A stretch of DNA of 64,000 nucleotides, taken from the IMG/VR virus record IMGVR_UViG_3300044475_000063, positions 34,392 to 98,391 of that record; one strand, given 5' to 3'. Under the pieces are notes generated by a model, which was given only the letters and a program-made list of their open reading frames with translations, had not been told where the DNA came from and ran no database searches. The translations under genes and the position numbers were made by a program. Shown here piece after piece: positions 15,048 through 23,639 of the stretch; the stretch's first letter is position 1, and each line of letters begins with the position of its first letter. Source of the stretch: a virus.

Positions 15048-16139
15048 ATGGCTACCTATCAAAGATACGACCGCGCCGAATTTAAGGCAACCAAGACTGA
15101 CGAGGGCTTTCTAGTCGATAGCCCTATCGTCGGTCGAGTCGGCATTCAAGAGTATCGCCGCGCTGATGGCACGATGCGACGTGAGTTGCGCTTGCCTGAG
15201 AATGTATTCCATGCCGATGCGCTGGCTTCAATGCGCGGCAAGCCGATTACTAGCGGCCATCCGGGCTCGGGAAAAGTTACTGCGGCTGATTCTCACCGCG
15301 TGACTATTGGAACGATCCTGAGTGAAGGTCGTCAAGATGGCGATAATATGCGCACCGACATTGTTATCCATAATGTGGCGGCAATGGGGAAGAATAAAGA
15401 GCTTTCCCTAGGATATACGTGCCATATGGACGAAACGCCCGGTGTGCATCCGGTGTATGGCCCTTACGACGCTATTCAAGGCGTCCCAATTACCAATCAT
15501 TTATCCGTTGTCCCCGTTGCTCGCGCTGGCGCAATCGCCCGCTTGAACTTGGATAGCATGGATCAGGAAGATTTTTCAACCCAGCAGGAGCAACAAACTA
15601 TGAGCATGGTCAAAGTACGACTTGACAGCGGCTTAGAGTATGAATGCGCTCCCGAAGTCTCGGTGGCGCTCGACAAGCTGCGCTCCGATGCTGCGGAAGC
15701 TGCAACCAAACTCGCGGCCATTCCAACCCTGACGGCAGAGCGCGATACGCTGAAAGCGCGTGTTGACGGCTTTGCGGCAGAACTGACTAAGGCTAAAGAC
15801 GAAGGCAAGGCCGCTGGCCGCGCCGAAGTTGAAGCTAAGGCCAAGCTGGATGCGGTTGCTACTGCATTCAAGATCGACGCTAAAGACATGACTGAGCGCC
15901 AAGTCAAGGAAGCGGTTATCAAAGCCGTTACCCCAGCGCTGGTTCTGGATGGCAAAGACGATGCCTATATCGATGTTGCCTTCGCAATGGCCCAAGAGTT
16001 CAAAGGCGATGCAGCCATGGCAGATCAGCGCCAGAAAGCGCAACATCGCAACGACGGAGGCGATAACAAAGCCCAAGGCAGCATGTCGGCGCGTGACAAA
16101 ATGATTGCTCGTATGAGCGGTAAGAAGGAGGACAAATAA
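15048..16139 (+). CDS. scaffold / prohead-protease-like protein (DUF2213-like)
   Basis: Position upstream of the capsid gene, and an Ala/Lys/Glu-rich coiled C-terminal half. Homolog at 63302..64000. Confidence 0.65.
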   Translation: MATYQRYDRAEFKATKTDEGFLVDSPIVGRVGIQEYRRADGTMRRELRLPENVFHADALASMRGKPITSGHPGSGKVTAADSHRVTIGTILSEGRQDGDNMRTDIVIHNVAAMGKNKELSLGYTCHMDETPGVHPVYGPYDAIQGVPITNHLSVVPVARAGAIARLNLDSMDQEDFSTQQEQQTMSMVKVRLDSGLEYECAPEVSVALDKLRSDAAEAATKLAAIPTLTAERDTLKARVDGFAAELTKAKDEGKAAGRAEVEAKAKLDAVATAFKIDAKDMTERQVKEAVIKAVTPALVLDGKDDAYIDVAFAMAQEFKGDAAMADQRQKAQHRNDGGDNKAQGSMSARDKMIARMSGKKEDK

Positions 16140-16627
16140 TGCCTATCCCACAAACTACCTTCGGCCAGTACTCGGCTGCTGGCTTCGCTGGCTTGCTGTA
16201 CGATTCTGGCTTCCGCGACACTATGTCTTATTCGGCAGAGGGCGCGATTCCATTCGGCACCTTCGTTAAACTGGGTACGAACAAAGAACGCCAAGTTCTG
16301 GCCCCTACCACTGCTGCCGGTCAAGCCGCGCTGCTGATTGGCGTAGCTGCCGCAAGCGCCATGGCAGAACAAGCCTACCCTTCGACTGGCGCGGCTGCCG
16401 CATATGCTGCTACTGAAAGCGTATCGGTGCTGAAAGACGGCCGTATTTGGGTCCAAACCAATGATGCCGTAGTAGCTGGTGCAACCGCTAACTTTGTGCT
16501 GGCTAACGGCACTGTTACCGATGAAGCCGTTACTACCGGCATCGAAGCCTTCACGCAACTGACCGTGAAGTTTATCACCGGCACGACTGCTGCTGGCCTC
16601 GCTGTTGTGGAGATTGCGCCAAAATGA
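16139..16627 (+). CDS. head protein (decoration-like, 162 aa)
   Basis: Sits between the scaffold and major capsid genes, with an ATGA overlap. Confidence 0.55.
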   Translation: MPIPQTTFGQYSAAGFAGLLYDSGFRDTMSYSAEGAIPFGTFVKLGTNKERQVLAPTTAAGQAALLIGVAAASAMAEQAYPSTGAAAAYAATESVSVLKDGRIWVQTNDAVVAGATANFVLANGTVTDEAVTTGIEAFTQLTVKFITGTTAAGLAVVEIAPK

Positions 16628-17604
16628 ACATGAAAACTGACAACATGCACTACGATGCCCAAGACCTGCGCATCATCGAAAACACCGGCCTGCTGCGTGA
16701 GGATGCTGGCGAGTCGGTATTCTTCGCTCGACAACTGGAGTATGTGCGCTCCAAGACCTATGATGTTGAGTACGTCAACCTGTCGGCAATGGAACTGTTC
16801 CCGATTGATACTTCGGTTCCCTCTGGCGCGAAGTTCATTACGTGGCGTCAATGGGACGGCGTAGGCTCGGCAAAGATCATCGCCAACTATGCGGACGATC
16901 TGCCACGCGTTGACGTGCAAGCGCTGGAAATGACCACTCCAATCCGTTCGATTGGTGACAGCTACGGCTACGACGTGCAAGAGATTCGTTCGGCGCAGTT
17001 CGCTGGCGTGGCTCTGGACGCAAAGCGCGCTACCCAGGCTCGCAAGGTCATCGACCAGAAGTTCAATCAACTGGCATGGTTTGGCGACACCGTATCAGGT
17101 CTGCCGGGCTTCCTGTCGAACGCGAATATCCCTGCTGTGGTTCTGGCTGCTGATGGTACTGGCTCGTCCAAGACCTTCGCAAGCAAAACGCCAGATAATA
17201 TCATCCGCGATATGAATGCTTTGGTGAACTCGATCTTCGTTACCACGAAGGGCATTCACCGCGCTAACGAACTGTGGATGCCTCTGGCTCAGTATGCCTA
17301 CATTAGCTCGACTGCTCGCAGCGCAACCAGCGATACGACCATTCTCGACTTCTTCCTCGCCAACAACCCGTTCATTCAATCGGTCAAGCCGATCTTCGAA
17401 CTGACTGGCGCTGGCGCTGGCGGTGTTGATCGCATGGTGGCTGCTGAAAACAGCGCTGATAACTACCAGATGAACATCACCATGCCGTTCATGCAGCACC
17501 CTCCACAGCCTCGCAACCTGTACTTTGAAGTCCCTTGCGAAGCCCGCTTCGGCGGCGTAACCATCGAACGTCCGCTGGCATTTGCATACGCTGACGGCAT
17601 CTAA
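16624..17604 (+). CDS. major capsid protein
   Basis: 326 aa, follows the scaffold gene, and is followed by a strong terminator. Confidence 0.75.
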   Translation: MNMKTDNMHYDAQDLRIIENTGLLREDAGESVFFARQLEYVRSKTYDVEYVNLSAMELFPIDTSVPSGAKFITWRQWDGVGSAKIIANYADDLPRVDVQALEMTTPIRSIGDSYGYDVQEIRSAQFAGVALDAKRATQARKVIDQKFNQLAWFGDTVSGLPGFLSNANIPAVVLAADGTGSSKTFASKTPDNIIRDMNALVNSIFVTTKGIHRANELWMPLAQYAYISSTARSATSDTTILDFFLANNPFIQSVKPIFELTGAGAGGVDRMVAAENSADNYQMNITMPFMQHPPQPRNLYFEVPCEARFGGVTIERPLAFAYADGI

Positions 17605-17633
17605 ACTCGCGTGATGGTGAGTGTGTAGCACTA

Positions 17634-17660
17634 GCCCGCCCTTCACCGGGCGGGCTTTTT
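17634..17660 (+). terminator. intrinsic terminator after the capsid gene
   Basis: GCCCGCCC-TTCACC-GGGCGGGC followed by TTTTT. Confidence 0.75.
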
Positions 17661-17664
17661 ACTT

Positions 17665-19023
17665 TTGGGGAATTACATGGCACTTTTCGGGCGTACAAAA
17701 CAGCAGGCGCTAGCTGCGATAGCGCGCACAAAAGATCGCAAGGGGCGTCGTCGCGTAGGTGGAGGGCAGGGGAATATTGTTCCAGCAGTTTCGCCTCTGC
17801 GTTTTGTTACCACGCAAAACAGGATGGCTAGCGGCCTTGGAACCGTTCCTGCAAATCGTTCTGCATGGGACTTCCGTATGCCTTACGTAATCGCCAGTGG
17901 CGACGTGGATGGTATCGTTTTCACATGGACCAATCAGAACCCAGCAGCCCCAGACTCAACCGCGCTTTCGCCTATTGTTCTGAATGACGTCTACATCGAA
18001 AACTCTAACGCAACCGCTGCAAAACAGCTTTCGCTCGACGGACAAAGCTACCCATACACGCTGGTATCTGGAGCCAATGATATCCGGCATGTGAAATTGC
18101 TCCCATCCGACCTTGGCGTTTCAGTTTTCACGCCCGGCGATACCTTGTACGTAAAAGGCCGTGGCAGCATGACTCCTGGTATGCAGTTCCCGAACATGGC
18201 AGACCGTATTCCAGTATCGGACGCTAGCAAAATTTTGTGGACCCTCTACGACCCTACCGCTACTACGCCATCCGCGCTGTCAACGCCGGGAGTCCAGACG
18301 GTTGTATCGGGGGCTGCCTTCCCGATTACCAGCAGCGGCGGATTCTGCCCGTTTGCTCTCGGCACGTTTGTGCAGCCGTTGGCCTCTCGTAAGCCAACGT
18401 TTGCCGGCTTCGGCGACAGTAATTTGTTTGGCTTCCGGGATACCGCCCTTTTGTACCATGGAAAAGGCGAATTCCAGCGCATGCTTACTGGCAACGGAAC
18501 GAATAGCGACCTCATGGCAGGCGGGAATTTCTCTGTGACTGGTTACACGATTCAGCAGATTAACCACCCAAAAATCATCTACTGGAGCCAGTTTGCGGAC
18601 AAGATTATTGATGAAGTTCTGGTCAATTCGTTTGGCTCCACTGGTGTAACCGACCAAGCCACTATTCGGCCTATTAAACAAGCTCTATGGGACGCCTATA
18701 AATCAGCAAACCCAAATGCTACGGTGTATAGCTGCGATGTCGGCCCGCGCACTAATGGTGCATGGACACTTGCAGATCAGTCGGACCAAACTTATTTTGC
18801 TGGCTTTGGTCCGGGCGGCAACATTGAGACGTTCCGCACATGGTTTATTGCACAGGCCGGGCTGCCGAACACCTACAACACGCTGGTGCAGTTCACTGCA
18901 TGGCGCGGCAGTCCAGACCCGCTGAAATGGCCGGGGGGTGGCCTTACTGATGACGGCACTCACGCGCTATCAACGACCGTAGCAGCAAAAGCAGCACAAC
19001 TGCGTAGTATTGTTTTGTCTTGA
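17665..19023 (+). CDS. protein with a C-terminal SGNH/GDSL-type hydrolase domain
   Basis: FAGFGDSNLFG looks like block I (GDS) and DDGTHAL looks like block V (DxxH). The likely start is MALFGRT at 17677. Confidence 0.55.
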   Translation: MGNYMALFGRTKQQALAAIARTKDRKGRRRVGGGQGNIVPAVSPLRFVTTQNRMASGLGTVPANRSAWDFRMPYVIASGDVDGIVFTWTNQNPAAPDSTALSPIVLNDVYIENSNATAAKQLSLDGQSYPYTLVSGANDIRHVKLLPSDLGVSVFTPGDTLYVKGRGSMTPGMQFPNMADRIPVSDASKILWTLYDPTATTPSALSTPGVQTVVSGAAFPITSSGGFCPFALGTFVQPLASRKPTFAGFGDSNLFGFRDTALLYHGKGEFQRMLTGNGTNSDLMAGGNFSVTGYTIQQINHPKIIYWSQFADKIIDEVLVNSFGSTGVTDQATIRPIKQALWDAYKSANPNATVYSCDVGPRTNGAWTLADQSDQTYFAGFGPGGNIETFRTWFIAQAGLPNTYNTLVQFTAWRGSPDPLKWPGGGLTDDGTHALSTTVAAKAAQLRSIVLS

Positions 19024-19093
19024 TATTTAGACATAAAAACAGAAATCTTCTGCAAGGTTATAATCTAATTTCATCATCACTACGGAGAATCAA

Positions 19094-19381
19094 ATGAAAA
19101 TCGAAAACATTAGCGCACGTCTGTACATTCTTTCGGATGGTACTAAGCTGATCCCTAACGAAACTACCAAAGGCGTTTCTGACAGTCTTGCAAAAGAAGT
19201 CGAGGGCATCAAAGAACTAAAGGTGACGCAAGAAACTAAGGCTCAAGAAGTTGAGTTCAAGGAAGTACCAACTACTGTCAAGGAACTGAAAGCGGCGCTT
19301 GATAGTCTGAATGTTGAGTACGCATCGAATGCCGACAAGGCTGAACTGCAAGCCCTGTACGACGAAAACAAAGCCAAGTAA
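19094..19381 (+). CDS. hypothetical protein with a C-terminal HeH/SAP-like motif
   Basis: The segment TVKELKAALDSLNVEYASNADKAELQALY is the motif. GGAG RBS. Confidence 0.5.
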   Translation: MKIENISARLYILSDGTKLIPNETTKGVSDSLAKEVEGIKELKVTQETKAQEVEFKEVPTTVKELKAALDSLNVEYASNADKAELQALYDENKAK

Positions 19382-19383
19382 TC

Positions 19384-19803
19384 ATGACGACCGCGCTGGA
19401 ATATTTTCGCATCATCGGCAAGCAGTTCGCCGCGCTATCTGACGCTGAGGTACAGGCATGGTTAGATATGGCGACGACACTTGGTGCTGCCGGTTGTCTC
19501 TTGGGCGATCCGGCTAACCTTGCTACGGCGCTTTATGCTGCACACTTGCTGCAACTAGATGCGGAGAATTCCAGCGGCGAAGGCGGGCGCGGGCCTGTGA
19601 AGTCAGAGAAAGAAGGCGACTTGGCCCGCTCCTATGGTACTGGCGGCTATACCGATGGCTGGCTAGGTTCCACAGGCTACGGGCAACAGTACGCAAACAT
19701 GCAGCTTGGATGCACTGGCGCTACGATCATGACGCGCTATGGTCAAGATATCCCACAAGGAATCGAGGTAATCAATGGCCTCCCGCCATACTACAGACCG
19801 TGA
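19384..19803 (+). CDS. head-tail connector protein (putative)
   Basis: Position between the capsid and gp10-like genes. Confidence 0.45.
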   Translation: MTTALEYFRIIGKQFAALSDAEVQAWLDMATTLGAAGCLLGDPANLATALYAAHLLQLDAENSSGEGGRGPVKSEKEGDLARSYGTGGYTDGWLGSTGYGQQYANMQLGCTGATIMTRYGQDIPQGIEVINGLPPYYRP

Positions 19804-20233
19804 TTTGGGCCTAAAGCGCTTCATGCGAGAACTTCAGAAGGCGCGAGTCACTGAGGTTGTAGTGGGTGTGCAGCAAGGCTCTGATAACGCCGATGGTGAA
19901 TCTATTGCTGAGTATGCCGCATACAATGAGTTCGGCACAGAAAAGATTCCTGAGCGCTCTTTTATGCGCTCAGCGTTTGATGAAAACGTAAATGACCTGA
20001 GCAATCAACTGGATCGAAGCTATGCGCAGATTCAAGCAGGAACGATGACCGTTTATCGTGCGCTCGGCTTAGTCGGTTTGCGCCATCAAGATCAGATACA
20101 GCACAAGATTGATACGAACGTGCCGCCGCCCAATGCGCCAGCAACGATTGCAGCTAAAGGATCAAGCCACACGCTGATTGACACAGGCGCTATGCGCGCT
20201 TCAATTCGATACATTATCAGGCCCGTACGATGA
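19775..20233 (+). CDS. HK97 gp10-family neck/tail-completion protein
   Basis: The motif EYAAYNEFGTEKIPERSFMRSAFDEN is typical of the gp10 family. Confidence 0.6.
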   Translation: MASRHTTDRDLGLKRFMRELQKARVTEVVVGVQQGSDNADGESIAEYAAYNEFGTEKIPERSFMRSAFDENVNDLSNQLDRSYAQIQAGTMTVYRALGLVGLRHQDQIQHKIDTNVPPPNAPATIAAKGSSHTLIDTGAMRASIRYIIRPVR

Positions 20234-20568
20234 GTTTTAGAAAGCCACAAACGATTATCCGCACTACGCCGGGACAGTATGCCGATGGCAAGTGGGTAGA
20301 AGGCGCACAAGTTACTGTGCCTATTTTGGCATCGGTTCAGCCTGTAACGGCAGAAGATCAGATCGTCATGCCAGCCGGTAAGCGATTGTCAGACTACGTG
20401 AAGCTTTACACCTCGACGGAGCTAATCCCGTTGAGTGAAGGTAGTCAGCAGCAGCCTGACCGCTTAGTTTGGCGCGGCAAGGAATATGAATGTATTGAGC
20501 TTGGAGTACGACAGATGCGGGTAATTGACCACTTCAAAGCGATCTTCTCATTGGTGCAGCAATCATGA
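20230..20568 (+). CDS. neck protein (putative)
   Basis: Operon position and an ATGA overlap. Confidence 0.45.
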   Translation: MSFRKPQTIIRTTPGQYADGKWVEGAQVTVPILASVQPVTAEDQIVMPAGKRLSDYVKLYTSTELIPLSEGSQQQPDRLVWRGKEYECIELGVRQMRVIDHFKAIFSLVQQS

Positions 20569-21083
20569 TTTCAGATACCGTATTGCAGCGCCTAATTGTG
20601 CAAATCAGCGGCGAACCATCCGGCAAAGTTATCTGGATGAATGAGAATGCGCCGCGCCCCGTTTTGCCATATCTGGCGATTCGGGTTAGCCCTGCGCGCC
20701 GCATCAACAAAGACCGCTATTCAGACGTAGATGCTAACGGAATTCAGACGGTAGTAGGCGACCGAGAATTTACCTTGAGTGTGCAAGCGTTCGGCTACGA
20801 TAGCCCTGTCTCGTACTTGCAAGACTTTGCCGACAAGCTGCAACTAATCACGAACAATGACCGCTTCCGCGCCCAAGGAATGGCTTTGCGCGATACAAGT
20901 ACGGTCATGGATATTTCTTCGTTGCTGAGCAATACTAAAATCGAGAAACGCGCCAATCTAGATTTGACTATCGGCTATCGCTCGGTGCAGACGGATAATG
21001 TGGGCGTCATCGAAACCGCAAACATCGAGGGGCGCGACAATGGTATTAATTCGCCCGTTTATACCATCATCGCTAACGTTTAA
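20565..21083 (+). CDS. tail terminator / neck protein (putative)
   Basis: Operon position directly upstream of the sheath gene. Confidence 0.45.
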   Translation: MISDTVLQRLIVQISGEPSGKVIWMNENAPRPVLPYLAIRVSPARRINKDRYSDVDANGIQTVVGDREFTLSVQAFGYDSPVSYLQDFADKLQLITNNDRFRAQGMALRDTSTVMDISSLLSNTKIEKRANLDLTIGYRSVQTDNVGVIETANIEGRDNGINSPVYTIIANV

Positions 21084-21167
21084 ATCAGAAATAGCAATTG
21101 TTTTTACCTATTGAAATTAAAGGTATAATCAGTTTTATCTAAACCACGTTTGATAGGAAGCCCGAGA

Positions 21168-22499
21168 ATGGCTACTCTCCAAGACATCACAAATGTAGTT
21201 ATTACTTTGAACACTGCTTCTGTTCAGCGTGGTAACTTTGGTATTCCCCTGATTGCTGCTCCTTTGGCGTCTTTCTCTGAGCGAGTCCGTAGCTACACGG
21301 ATTATGACGCTCTGAATCCAGATAACCTCCCGGCAAATGTGCAAACCGCACTGTCGGACGCATTCGGCCAAACACCTCGCCCTTCCGTGGTTAAAGTAGG
21401 CCGCTTGAGCATTGCAAGCGTGGTTATTACGCCTGTTGATGCAACGCCTAACGGCGTGTACTCGCTGAACGTAGGCGCTACGCTTGTTTCGGTGACTGCC
21501 GTTGCATCGCCAACCACTACCACTATCGCCGCGCAGCTTGCAGCCGCGATTACTACTGCGCTTGGCGCTGGTGGCACGGCAACCGCATCCGGCGCTAACG
21601 TGACGATTACTTACAGCGGCAATGTTATCCCGCTAACCAACTTCGTAAAAGTGGCATTCGGCATGATTACCCCATCGTCTACTGCTGGTATCGTCGCAAC
21701 CGATCTGGCTGCAATCCAAGCTGCTGATAGCGTTTGGTACTTCCTGATTATGGCGGAGCGTACCAAGCAACGCGTACTAGATGCTGCTGCATGGGTTGAG
21801 ACGCAAGACAAGATGTTCTTCGCCGCAGCAGACGAGGCTGCGATTCTGACTCAAGGCGGCACTACTGACCTTCTGGCGCAATTGAAGGCGCTGAACTATT
21901 TCCGAACTGTTGGCGCATATCACAGCACCGCAGCGACCGAATACGCCGATGCCGCATGGGTTGGCCGCGTCTCGCCTACTCAGCCGGGTTCGGAAACTTG
22001 GGCGCTGAAACGCCTTGCTAGCGTCACTAGCGACAATCTGTCGAAAACCGATCAAACTACGATCTTTGGCAAAGGCGGCAATACCTTTGAGCGCTATAGC
22101 GATCAATTCTCGCTGACCAATCTGGGTAAAGTTGCTGCTGGTGAGTGGATCGACGTTATCCGCTTCCGCGACTGGCTGAAAGATTACATTCAGACGAGCA
22201 TGGTTCAACTGATGGTGAACCGTGACAAGATTCCGTACACCGATGCGGGTATCCAACTGCTGGCAACCAATCTGCGCGCCTCGCTGCGCCAAGGTCAGAC
22301 CGTTGGCGGCATCGCACCGGATGAAACCGCAGAGGATGGCACCAAACGTCCCGGCTTCAATATTACTGTGCCTCGCGCTTCGGAAGTTGACGACGCAACC
22401 AAAGCATCGCGCATCGTCTATCTGAAATTCAACGCCCGCATCGCTGGCGCTATCCATGTAGCCGATATTAACGGCGCGCTGGCTTACAGCCTTGACTAA
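21168..22499 (+). CDS. tail sheath protein (putative)
   Basis: 443 aa from MATLQDITNVV. Followed by tube, chaperone and tape-measure genes in the canonical myovirus order. Confidence 0.6.
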   Translation: MATLQDITNVVITLNTASVQRGNFGIPLIAAPLASFSERVRSYTDYDALNPDNLPANVQTALSDAFGQTPRPSVVKVGRLSIASVVITPVDATPNGVYSLNVGATLVSVTAVASPTTTTIAAQLAAAITTALGAGGTATASGANVTITYSGNVIPLTNFVKVAFGMITPSSTAGIVATDLAAIQAADSVWYFLIMAERTKQRVLDAAAWVETQDKMFFAAADEAAILTQGGTTDLLAQLKALNYFRTVGAYHSTAATEYADAAWVGRVSPTQPGSETWALKRLASVTSDNLSKTDQTTIFGKGGNTFERYSDQFSLTNLGKVAAGEWIDVIRFRDWLKDYIQTSMVQLMVNRDKIPYTDAGIQLLATNLRASLRQGQTVGGIAPDETAEDGTKRPGFNITVPRASEVDDATKASRIVYLKFNARIAGAIHVADINGALAYSLD

Positions 22500-22513
22500 T
22501 CAGGAGAAAACAA

Positions 22514-22942
22514 ATGAGTGCAGGTGATGTGCAACGTACTTATGACCCGCAACAGGTGATTATCACTGTTGGCGGTGCAATTGTAAGTGGCTTTACGGAC
22601 GGCGACTTTATTACCGTAAGATATGACGAAGAACGCTACAACGTTAAGGCAGGCGCTGATGGCGAGGTAGCACGAGCCAAGAATGCTAACCGTATGGGGA
22701 CATTTGAAATTACCCTTTCGGCTACTAGTGCTGCAAATGCTGAATTGTCGGCGCTGTTCAATCTGGAAATGCTCGGCGGCTTTGACGTAGTTCTGCCTGT
22801 TGCTGTGGCTGACTTGTCTGGAACTTCTGGCGCCTTTGCTTCCAAGTGCTGGATTAAGCAAGCGCCTGATTTCACTCGTGGCAAGGAGGTAGCAGACCAG
22901 ACGTGGGCTATTTCGGCTGCTGATTTGACCATTTCGTACTAA
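22514..22942 (+). CDS. tail tube protein (putative)
   Basis: 142 aa, located between the sheath and chaperone genes. Confidence 0.55.
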   Translation: MSAGDVQRTYDPQQVIITVGGAIVSGFTDGDFITVRYDEERYNVKAGADGEVARAKNANRMGTFEITLSATSAANAELSALFNLEMLGGFDVVLPVAVADLSGTSGAFASKCWIKQAPDFTRGKEVADQTWAISAADLTISY

Positions 22943-22970
22943 GTAGTAACCTCACCATCACGGAGAACAA

Positions 22971-23432
22971 ATGCAACGCGAAACTTTTATCATCGGTAAC
23001 AAAGAATTCTCGGCAATGAAGATCGCGCCGTTCCAGGCGAACTCTATTGCTTTGAAACTGCAAAAGATCATCCTGCCAGTATTGGGTGAATTCACTGGTG
23101 GCGGCAAAGGCAACTTGATGGATATGGATATCAGCGGCCCGCTTAAAACGCTGTCTGAGAGCCTTGACGACAAGGTTATGACTGATATCGTGCTGCCGAT
23201 GTTTAAAGCCTCTGGCGTGGTTTGCGTAAGCGAGAACGTCAAGGTTGATAGCGAAGGCGCTATCAATAAAGTATTCGTTGACGCCGATGGCTTGGCTGAT
23301 CTATACGAACTGATTTACGAAGTCGCCATGTTCAACTTCAAGCCTTTTTTTATCAAGCTGAAGGACCGCTTTGGAGCCAGCGTTACCGGAGCAAATCAAG
23401 CGGAATTGACTTCAGCCGTTGCGGCAGTCTAA
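22971..23432 (+). CDS. tail assembly chaperone
   Basis: Lies immediately upstream of the tape-measure gene and contains a T7 slippery run. Confidence 0.6.
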   Translation: MQRETFIIGNKEFSAMKIAPFQANSIALKLQKIILPVLGEFTGGGKGNLMDMDISGPLKTLSESLDDKVMTDIVLPMFKASGVVCVSENVKVDSEGAINKVFVDADGLADLYELIYEVAMFNFKPFFIKLKDRFGASVTGANQAELTSAVAAV

Positions 23433-23614
23433 GCCCTACGTTGCAAGATGAGCTTTGGCTATGGCGTCCAATACTAGCTGGGAAATGCACGCTAGAGGGA
23501 GTTAAAAGCGGAGTAGTGACAGTAGAGGATTTGCTTAAGCTAAATGCTTTGCTTGATATGTCTGAATGCTACCAAGCCTATGCAGATGAGAAATCGAAAA
23601 GCAGCCGGAAATGA
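23345..23614 (+). other. programmed -1 frameshift site and extension frame of the tail chaperone
   Basis: The T7 run at 23345..23351 reads CCT-TTT-TTT-ATC in frame 0. The -1 frame is open from there to the TGA at 23612..23614. Confidence 0.5.
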
Positions 23615-23628
23615 CCGGCTGTTTTTTT
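23602..23628 (+). terminator. intrinsic terminator-like hairpin before the tape-measure gene
   Basis: CAGCCGG-AAATGA-CCGGCTG followed by TTTTTTT. Confidence 0.5.
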
Positions 23629-23639
23629 AAGGAAGAGAG

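Noticed and set aside
15563-17731. Numerous antisense or overlapping ORFs (for example 15633..16076, 16025..16558, 16375..17070, 17095..17646) across the scaffold and capsid genes
   Set aside because: These are typical shadow ORFs opposite highly expressed genes. They have no RBS and their products are Arg/Ser/Ala-rich nonsense. The sense genes have homologs and fit the operon layout.
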